From: Microcoleus sp.
GTDB lineage: Bacteria; Cyanobacteriota; Cyanobacteriia; Cyanobacteriales; Microcoleaceae
Assembly: GCF_049646505.1 (NCBI RefSeq)
Contig: NZ_JBARVX010000073.1
Span: 7,510-71,509 of the forward strand
DNA length: 64,000 bases
Direction of reading: 5' to 3'
Both the position numbers and the translations under genes were made by a program. Below the pieces are notes generated by a model. The model was not told where the DNA came from. It did no database searches and worked only from the letters and a program-made list of their open reading frames with translations. Position 1 is the first letter of the stretch, and each line of letters starts with the position of its first letter. Below, one piece after another: positions 29,407-38,400 of this stretch.

Positions 29407-30257
29407 ATTGCTGTTACCTGATAATTTATTGTCTCGCCAATGTTTTGAGGGATGGGGGCGATCGTTTCATCGGATTGTCGGGGCAATCCCCCCGCCCCAG
29501 AATCTTGACGGGGTAGGCACGGGGGCACTACCCCTACAGTAAATTCATTTGCGATCGCCCCAGAATCTTGACGGGGTAGGCACGGGGGCACTACCCCTAC
29601 AGTAAATTCATCGCCGATCGAGGCAACGTCCCCCTTTTGAGACGACTCCGAGGAATCTAACAAAGCATCATCCAACCCTGACAAATACCTGCTCAAACGC
29701 TTTTGCAGAATTTCTCGCGCCTGTTGGATGCGCTTGTAAACGTTATCGAGCGAGAGAGCAAGTTGTTGGGCAATATCTTGATAGGCAATCTGGTGGCAGT
29801 AACGCAGGATAAACGGAGTTCGCAGTCGAGAAGGAAGAGTATCAATAGCGCGGCGAATGTATTTCCCCAACTCATGATGCAGAAGTGCCTCTTCAGGAGA
29901 GTCCAAACCAGAAATAAATGCTGAATTTTTTGTAGCAGCTATTTCTTCAATATCCTCCATTTGTATTGCTTTGCGGCGGCGTTCTCGGTGTATATCGATA
30001 CATAGATTATGGGTTAAGCGGGCGAGCCAAGCTCGGAGGTTGGTGATTTTTTCGGCATAGTCTGGCAATTTTTCCCAAGCTTTGAGCATGGCGCGACTGA
30101 GCACCTCTTCGGCATCAGTAGGATTCCCATCCATCCACCTGAGACAGCAACGGTAAAGATCATCTCGGTTTTGCTGCCATAGCTGCCAAAATGCTTGCTC
30201 TATATTTTCAGGACAACTCCGAAAGTCTGCTGCAATAACGGATTGAGAATTGGACAT
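29346..30257 (-). CDS. ECF-type RNA polymerase sigma-70 family factor with ~110-aa C-terminal extension
   Basis: Region 2 is DDLYRCCLRWMDGNPTDAEEVLSRAMLKAWEKL. Region 4 HTH is LPSRLRTPFILRYCHQIAYQDIAQQLALSLDNVYKRIQQAR. The extension contains a 63-nt tandem duplication. The 3' end overlaps the TPR gene by 61 nt. Confidence 0.85.
   Translation of the reverse strand: MSNSQSVIAADFRSCPENIEQAFWQLWQQNRDDLYRCCLRWMDGNPTDAEEVLSRAMLKAWEKLPDYAEKITNLRAWLARLTHNLCIDIHRERRRKAIQMEDIEEIAATKNSAFISGLDSPEEALLHHELGKYIRRAIDTLPSRLRTPFILRYCHQIAYQDIAQQLALSLDNVYKRIQQAREILQKRLSRYLSGLDDALLDSSESSQKGDVASIGDEFTVGVVPPCLPRQDSGAIANEFTVGVVPPCLPRQDSGAGGLPRQSDETIAPIPQNIGETINYQVTAICLETIHSGWYRSLSPLGWN
29493..29618. repeat. 63-nt (21-codon) tandem duplication inside the sigma-factor extension
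   Basis: cgccccagaatcttgacggggtaggcacgggggcactacccctacagtaaattcat occurs twice at a 63-nt period. It encodes EFTVGVVPPCLPRQDSG twice and has an internal ggggta..tacccc hairpin. Confidence 0.9.
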
Positions 30258-30373
30258 GACTTAAAAAATGGTGAAAGATAAATGTGAAGGAACATTCCTC
30301 TGTTGCTTTTTTCGTTGCACCCCAATCCCGGAAATATCTAGCTCAGTGTGGTCTCAGTATTTATGCGGATAAA

Positions 30374-30494
30374 GATTGGATTCAGTTGCTCTTTTTTTGA
30401 GGCTGTATCTTTTCCGTATCTCTATCATGGCTCCCCTACCTTGCTCTTGTCAGTCGGAAAAGTCGGATCTTAAAGTCGGAAAAGTCGGATCTTT
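30374..30494. promoter_or_regulatory. 121-nt upstream block shared with the ABC exporter gene (second copy)
   Basis: See 26975-27095. It lies 117 nt 5' of the sigma-factor ATG on the minus strand and about 390 nt 5' of the divergent response-regulator gene. Confidence 0.5.
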
Positions 30495-30883
30495 ATCAAA
30501 AAAATGGGCGCAGCGGAGGGGCTACAATTCCGTCTTTCTAGGACGGCTTTAAGTTGAAATTGGGAAAAGTCGCGATGGGACATCGCCACAACGCTTCGGC
30601 TTCGATCGGTGCGCCACCTCCAAACAAACAAGCAAAGAAGGCGACAAGCAACTTAAAAGCCTTGCAGTTAAAGGATACAAGCCGATCGCCCTCACAAAGA
30701 ATTAGGCTGGCGATCGCTAGTTTTGCTTCGACAAGGTAAAATGAGAATCGGGGGCGATCGCTACCATCGTAATTGTCAATAAGTCTGTCATAATAGTTAT
30801 CAGAAAGTTCTCCGCCGACTTGCAGTGCATAACTCAAAATAAGGGTGTAAAACTGGACAAACCTTAGCCGATGGGATGTGTAT

Positions 30884-32056
30884 ATGACTTTTGAAGAAGC
30901 CCTAGAATTTATCGAATCAGCCTTAGAGTCCAAAACCAGTAAACCCTTAAGTTTGCTTGAAAAAAAAATCTTAGAAGCTGCTTGGCAAAACGCAACTTAT
31001 AGTGTAATTGCTGACAGTTTGTACCTGAGCACAGGACATATCAAAGATTTAGCTGCCGTCCTGTGGCAGCGCCTTTCAGACGTAATGGGAGAAAAAGCTA
31101 CTAAGAATAACTTCCGCTCTCTACTAGAGAAGCAAAGCAGCACAAGTGCTGGTGCCTTTACTCAAAGCGATCGCCAATTTGTATATCAGTCTCAAGAAAG
31201 TGACATCAATGAATTAGAAAATTCCCCAGGCAACATTTTAATTGTGGATGACCTTCCAGAAAATCTGCGTTTTCTAACAGAAATTCTCACAAAACATGGG
31301 TATAAAGTTCGCTGCGTTACCAATGGTACGATGGCTTTGAGGACAGTTCGCAATCATCTCCCCGATGCTATATTGCTGGATATTAAAATGCCAGACATGG
31401 ACGGCTATCAAGTCTGCGAAGCCCTCAAAAATGATGAAAAAACCTCAGAAATTCCGATTATTTTCTTAAGCGCACTTGACCAAGTTTTTGATAAAGTTAA
31501 AGCTTTTAAGGTAGGGGGAGTTGACTACATCTCTAAACCTTTTCAGCCGGAAGAAGTGCTAGTTCGCCTCGAAACTCAGGTCACTATCGGGCACCAAAAA
31601 CGGCAGCTTAAAGAAGCAATCGAGCGACACCAGCAAACCGCAGAAATTGCCTACCAATCTCGCGCCCTCTTGGCAAATTTGCTCAACTCATCTTTAGATG
31701 GAATAGCCGCAGTGGAGGCGGTGAGGGCAGATATGGCTGGAGAAATTGAAGATTTTCGCTGCTTGGTAGTTAACCCTGTCTTTGCCAGACTGTTAGGCAA
31801 AAAACGCACAGAATTAGCGGGCGAACCCGTTCTGAAAAAACTGCTCGATAGATTGATTCCACAATTATTTGAGTTATTAGTAGAGGTTGTGGAGACTGGA
31901 GAATCACTTGCCGGAGAGGTGCATCTAGAAAGCGATGACATTGGCAAATGCTGTTATGTAACTGCTGTGAAATTGGGAGACGGTTGCTCAATTACCATCC
32001 GCGATATTACAAAGTTAAAACAGTCGCCCCTAAACTCAATGATTGAAGTGAATTAA
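30884..32056 (+). CDS. Response regulator: N-terminal helical (HTH-like) domain + receiver + C-terminal PAS domain
   Basis: Receiver motifs ILIVDDLPENLRFL...LLDIKMPDMDGYQVC...IFLSAL...KPF. The N-terminal ~90 aa (MTFEEALEFIESAL...ILEAAWQNATYSVIADSLYLSTGHIKD) resemble a domain common at N-termini of cyanobacterial signalling/STAND proteins. The C-terminus is PAS-like. ATG 30884 is preferred to GTG 30878. Confidence 0.8.
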   Translation: MTFEEALEFIESALESKTSKPLSLLEKKILEAAWQNATYSVIADSLYLSTGHIKDLAAVLWQRLSDVMGEKATKNNFRSLLEKQSSTSAGAFTQSDRQFVYQSQESDINELENSPGNILIVDDLPENLRFLTEILTKHGYKVRCVTNGTMALRTVRNHLPDAILLDIKMPDMDGYQVCEALKNDEKTSEIPIIFLSALDQVFDKVKAFKVGGVDYISKPFQPEEVLVRLETQVTIGHQKRQLKEAIERHQQTAEIAYQSRALLANLLNSSLDGIAAVEAVRADMAGEIEDFRCLVVNPVFARLLGKKRTELAGEPVLKKLLDRLIPQLFELLVEVVETGESLAGEVHLESDDIGKCCYVTAVKLGDGCSITIRDITKLKQSPLNSMIEVN

Positions 32057-32127
32057 GTCACCCCCACAATCGTTCGGCGGTTGAAATCGCTACTATTTTT
32101 ATACCATTTTTCTTTCATATGTGCTAC

Positions 32128-32300
32128 TACCCCCCCCACTCCCCCCCGAAATAAGGGGGGGTTGGGGGGGTAATATCTAGCGCTACTTTATGAAATTGGT
32201 ATTAGCTGAGTTTATATCCCCCTAAATTGCCCTTAAAAAGGGAGACTTTGAATACTCTTGTCCCTCCCCTTCTTAAGGGGGCGGTTACGGGGGATAGAAC
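32128..32300. repeat. Family B palindromic repeats (two degenerate copies)
   Basis: ccccccgaaataagggggggttggggggg and cccctaaattgcccttaaaaagggagactttgaa...cccttcttaagggggcggttacggggga. Confidence 0.8.
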
Positions 32301-32308
32301 GATAATTT

Positions 32309-32425
32309 AGGATCGAAAACTTAATAACTTAAACACCTCCTACAGTCCTCTCTCCTGTAAGTTGCCAGATAAAAGGAGGCAGAGCCTCGCCTATCTGCAT
32401 TACCAGGCAGAGCCTGGTAACGAGC
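32309..32425. mobile_element. MITE-like composite repeat, family A
   Basis: ggatcgaaaacttaataacttaaacacctcctacagtcctctctcctgtaagttgcc...ggaggcagagcctcgcctatctgcattaccaggcagagcctggtaacgag. Confidence 0.85.
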
Positions 32426-32483
32426 AATGGCGGTTAGGGGGGATCGATCGAGAGTTTACTTCATAAACCTGCAATCTTCTGTA

Positions 32484-35400
32484 TCAATGTTCACCAACCA
32501 AGGGTTCAGTTAAATCCAGAATCTTCTCAAACTGAAACTGATTCACCCAACCTCTGAGAGTCTGAAGTTCTAGAACTTGGAAATCAGGAATTTCCTCAAG
32601 CAGTTGAGACACTAATTCTAAATCCGCGTCAAGAGCTGCTTCATGCAATTTGACAATCCATATTTGTGACATGGTTGCTAATAAATCTGTTAAATTTAAG
32701 GGTTCTCCCGTCACATTATCAGCCGAAGACGATAGCTGTTGCTCCTCATAAATATAACTGACTCCCAAATGTTTAGCCATGATGTCAAAGATGGCTTGTG
32801 TGGGGAAAGGTTTTCGCACAAAATCATCACAACCAGCCGATAAAATAACTGCTTTTTCTTCTTCCCACACGCTAGCTGTCAAAGCAATAACAGCAGTAGT
32901 TTGACCTTTAGTTGTACTTTTAATCTGTCTTGTTGCTTCGTAACCATCCATAACGGGCATTCTCATATCCATCCAGATCAGGTGCGGTGAGTATGAATCC
33001 CAAATTTCAAGTGCTTCCATACCGTTACTCGCTTCTTGCACTTCAAAACCAACAGGTTTGAGGAGTTTAATTAACAGTTGCCGATTGTCATCTTTATCGT
33101 CCACCACTAGGATGCGATATTGGGGTTGGTTAGGTGCTAGGGCAACGACGCGACGATTGTAGGGTTGGTTTTGAATTGCGCTGGCATCAGCGATGCCCAC
33201 AGGAATGTCAAATTTAAATGTTGTACCCGTTGTCTCTTCTAACAATTCCTTGAGAGGCATTCCAGGAGTGAAAGCTTTACCGCCACTAATCACAGTTATT
33301 TCACCTCCCATCAAGCGGACAAATTGACGGCTAATCGTCAGCCCCAATCCCGTTCCTTGCTGCACTTTTTGACCGGATGCTGTTTGCACGAAGGGTTGGA
33401 ATAGTTTCTCCAGTTCGTCTGCGGCGATGCCAAGTCCGGTATCTTTGACTTCAAAGGTAATGGTTGTTTGTTGTTGGTTGTTGGTTATTTGTGTTTCATC
33501 TTCGCTGTTACCTTTTGTCTTGTGCAGAGGTTTCACCGAAACGTCTCTACTTCTACAGACACGCTTCCAGTTACCTTTTGTCTTGTGCAGCAGACGTTTC
33601 ACCGAAACGTCTCTACTAACTTCTACAGACACGCTTCCAGAAGAGGTAAACTTAACGGCATTACTTATCAAGTTAATCAGCACTTGCCGCAACTTAACTT
33701 CATCAGCGTAGATTTTTTTAGGAACATCGGCAGCACATTCAAATCGTAGTTGTAAGCTGGGAGCGTTTGCTTTCAATGCAAACATATCCTCGATATCAGC
33801 TAATAAGTGATGGAGATCGAAATTATTTTCTGATAGCGTCATGCGTCCCGCTTCAACTTTGGAAAGGTCAAGTACCTGATTAATAAGAGATAATAAATTC
33901 TCTCCACTGCGCTGAATGATGTTGAGGTTTTCTTTTTGTTCATTTAACAGATTTGTATCCTGATTCATCAGTTGGGAAAAGCCGAGAATGGCGTTCAGGG
34001 GAGTTCGCAATTCGTGGCTCATGTTGGCAAGGAAAGTGCTTTTGGCGAGGTTGGCTGCAACGGCTGCTTCTTTAGCCTGTTCGAGTTCTGCTTCGGCAAT
34101 TTTGCGATCGCTAATTTCCTGTTCTAAACGGACGTTTTCGATGAGGGTTTTTTCGGCTTGTTTGCGATCGCTAATATCTTGAAAAGCTGCGATCGCATAT
34201 TCTACATTACCCGTCTCATCAAAAATTGGCGTACTGGTTGATTCTACAGAAACAATCCGCTCGTTTTGATATAGTTCCAAGTCATCCGCCTGTGCTTTTT
34301 CTCCGCTTAGCGATCGCACTACGGGCAACTGTTCCACTGGATACATCTCCGCCGTACCTGCCCGATAAATGCCGTAGGTTTCTGATAGTTGCTGGGTTGC
34401 GGCTTTTGGTAAATCTTGAATATTCAGCAACTGCTGGGCAAGTTGATTGGTGTAGATGATTTGTCCTTTAGCGTCGTGCACCGAGATGCCCAGGGGTATG
34501 GCATTGAGGAATTTATTCAGGCGATTTTGGGTCGATCGCACTTCGGTATAGAGTCTGGCGTTGGTAAGGGCGATCGCCGCTTGTGTTGACAGCAATTGTA
34601 TCAGTTGCAGGCGATCGGATGTAAACACGCCATCTGCTAAATTATTTTCTAAGTAAACAATCCCAATTAATTGCCCTTGATTCAGCAGAGGAGCGCAAAG
34701 AATTGACTTAGGTTGCTGGGTTTTAATATAAGCATCTTGAGTAAACCTGCCTTCGCGGGTGACATTAGTTTCAATCAATCCTTCCTGAGTTCTTTCAACA
34801 TAGTTAATTACCGATAAAGGCAGGCAGTTTTCTATGGGAGTCGAGGGCAACACGATCGCCCGATCTGAGCTAGCCTCGCCTGACGCTTCTACTCGCAGTT
34901 GTCCTTGAGATTCTAAAATGAGATAGCCAATTTGGGCACCGCTGCATTCCAGCAGCGTTCTCATCAAAGTTTTGAGAAGTTTATCGAGTTCAATTTCGCT
35001 GGAAATTGCCTGAGACGCTTTCATTAATGCTGCTAAATCCAGAAGTTCTGCCGCAGAACTGTCAGAGTTTTCCGACAAGCTGCTGCGCGATTTATCGGAG
35101 TTTCTGACTGTGATAAAACGCTTTAAAAGTTGCGGGTACTTTTGTTCCAAATCCGTGAGTTTCGCTGTAGCACCCCAGCGCAAATAGCAGTAGTAAGCAT
35201 TGCTCATATAGACTTCGGCAATTTGCTCTTTTCCCCAAGCGAGGTAAAACTTGGCTGCCAATTCATTGGCCAAAGCCTCTTCGTTGATGTATTCGTGTTC
35301 TTTGGCTGAGGCAATAGCGCGATCGTAATAGTCTATAGCGAGAGTGGTTTCACCCAACACTTGATATCGCTCTGCCTCCACGAGATAGAATTTATGCAGG

Positions 35401-38400
35401 TGAGTCATCGGAGCAAAATGCGCCCATTTTTTGATTTTTTTCTGGTTGGCTTTCACCTTCTGGAGGATGAGTTTTTGCTCGGATTTGGATGCCTCAGAAT
35501 ATATAGCCAGATAAAGTAAAGAATTGTAGAAATGGTACAAAGGAATAGTACCTACAGCACTATCGCTATATTTTTCGGCTAAAGTAACATTTTCCAGAGC
35601 TTGCTGATAGTCTTGAAAAAGATAGCAGAGAAATAGCTTGTAAAAATAAAGAGATCGACAAATGTTTTTAGCATTTGCCTCTTGATGCAGGGGTAACATT
35701 TTTACTTCATCATAGCTTTCACCAACTAAACGGCACTTATCTTCAGCCTGTCCCATCAAATTTAATACAACCTGTCGATTGAGTTGGTTGTAGTAAAATG
35801 ATGTTTCTTGCTTTAGTTGGCTGAGCGTATTACTGTACATTGCCATATCCGACTCAACTTTTGGCAATTCCTTGCCCAATACATAGGAATGGTAAGAGTA
35901 TACGCAAACGGCATAAGCTGCATATTCTAAGTCTCCTGTTTCTAGGGCGATCGAGTAAGCATTTTGCAAAGGGTTTAAGGTTTCCCTAAGATGCTCTTTC
36001 CAATGTTTGACAAAGTAATTAACAATAAATATGGTTCGGGCTTTGAGTTCTTTAGTGTTAAACTTATCGAGCAACAAAAGAGCAAGTTGCCCAAATTGAT
36101 AGCCAGTCTCAATATCTCCTACGTTTTCTCCAGACAAAATCAATCCGTAAGTAGCATAGGCACAAGAAGATACAGAAGTATTCCCATATTTAATTGATAA
36201 TCTTACCTGTTTGAACACCATTAGCGGCAAAAGTTCAGGTGCGGCTAAATGGGCAGCAGAAACTACAGTTGATAGAATACGCATCGCTGCTAGCTTATCG
36301 GGGTTTGTCATCACTGGTAGGTCGATTAAAGCCTGAATTTGCTGGCCTGCTAAACTTAACTTGGTTTTCACCAGTTCCGTAAAAAGATTTAGTTTTGTTG
36401 GTTGTTTGGGAAAGCGAATCCCCAACAATTTCAATACTGAAAGTGCGGTATTAATCGCTGCCAGAGGTTTATTTTGTGCTGTATAGGCTTGAATTTTGAC
36501 TTCATAGACTTTTACTTTGTCTAGCAATGAAGTAGCTTGTTGAAGCACAATGTCAGCCAATTTTTCCATTTCCTCAACGCGGTTGCTCAAGATGGCAGCT
36601 TCTACTGTTTCCACGTACAGTGCCAAAGTTAGGTCATACTTACGAAGCCAACTATCTGCACTCAAGCAATTTATACCAAATTGTAAGTAATTCCAGGTAG
36701 GTTTCCAAGCTGCTGATGCCTTCGCTTTTTGGGCAGCAATCAGATTTAATTGAGCAAGTTTATCTTTTTCTAACTGAACGTCAACTGCTTCAATGCCTAA
36801 GTTAAGTTGATTGACAATATCAAAAATATTTTGTTTGAGATTCTGTGGCGGTGTATTTTGCAATAACAGTTGCCCGACTTGCCAGTGAATGACTTGCTTC
36901 TCGCCTGGGGGAATTAAGGAATAGGCTGCTTGCTGGATGCGATCGTGAGCAAATTTATAAGTAATTTTTAATTGCTTTGTCTCTAAGTCGGTTTTCAGGA
37001 ATTTGTAATCATCGCCGACAGGTAATATCAATCCCGATTGCATGGCATCCCACAATTCATTTGCCGCTGCTTTTGGAGAACTTTCATTAAGAATTGAAAG
37101 GGTTAGCAAATCAAATCGGTTGCCAAGACAAGCGGCTAATTGTAAGATTTTTTGTGCTGGTTCTGATAAGGTTTGAATTTTATCGGCCATAAACTCAACA
37201 ACATTATCAGTAATATTTCTAGTAATGATTTGTTCTAAATTCCAATTCCAAGCCCAAGCATTAGTATCAAAATTCAGTAGTTTTTCTTGATAAAGTGACT
37301 TGAAAAATTCTTTAATAAAAAAGGGATTTCCCTGCGTTTTTTGCCAAGCCAACTCGGCTAATTTTTGCGTAGAGATGCGATCGGTTTTCAGCGTGTCGGC
37401 AATGAATTCATTAACCTGGTTTAAATTTAAGTGTCCCAGGGAAATATAATTAATTCTTGTTCCCTGCTTTTTGAGTTCAGATAAATTCAGCATTAAAGGA
37501 TGAGTTGGACTGACTTCGTTATCTCGATAAGCTCCGATTACCAGCAGATGTTGAGTAGTAAAATCGGTGATTATCAACTGAAGTAATTGCAGCGTAGCGC
37601 TGTCTGTCCACTGCAAGTCGTCTAGAAATAGGACGAGGGGATGCTCTTTTTTGCAAAAGACTTGAAGAAATTGTTTAAATACTAAATTAAACCGATTTTG
37701 TGCTTCTGCTGGAGGTAATTCTGGGACGGGATGCTGTTTGCCAACAATCAGTTCTACTTCGGGAATAATATCAATAATAATTTGTCCGTTGCTGCCTAAT
37801 GCCTGTCGAATCTTATCTTGCCACTGCTGTAATTCGGGTTGAGATTCGGTGAGCAATTGCCCTACCAATTCTTGGAAGGCAGCGACTAATGCTTGATAGG
37901 GAATATCGCGCTGGAATTGGTCAAATTTACCTGCAATAAAATAACCCCGTTTTTGAGTGATTATCTTATACAATTCCTGAACTAAAGCAGATTTACCGAT
38001 GCCAGAGTATCCGGAAATAAGCACGAGTTCAGTTTGTCCGTGTACGGGACAATTTTGTGACTGAGTTGTGGTTGCGTTGCTTGTCGCTACTTGCTGCTTT
38101 TCAGGAGAAGTTACGCGCATAAATGCAGCCAATAAGGACTCTATCTGCGATTCTCTGCCGTACAGTTTTTGAGGGAGTTGCAATTGAGGAGAAATATCTC
38201 GGTATCCCAAGGGAAAAATTTTGATTTTATTAGTTAGATATTGTTCCAGGCAAGTTGCTAAATCTGCCTCGATTCCCCAAGCACTCTGATATCTATTTTC
38301 TGCCATTTTTGCCATTAATTTTATGACAATTCCTGAAAGGTTTAAGGGTATTTTGGGATTGATTTCATGAGGCGGGATGGGTTGTTTGGCAATATGACAA

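Noticed and set aside
30538-30933. 131-aa minus-strand ORF between the sigma-factor promoter block and the response-regulator gene
   Set aside because: It has no recognisable motifs, overlaps the response-regulator start by ~55 nt and has no Shine-Dalgarno. It cannot be excluded as a small hypothetical protein, but support is weak.
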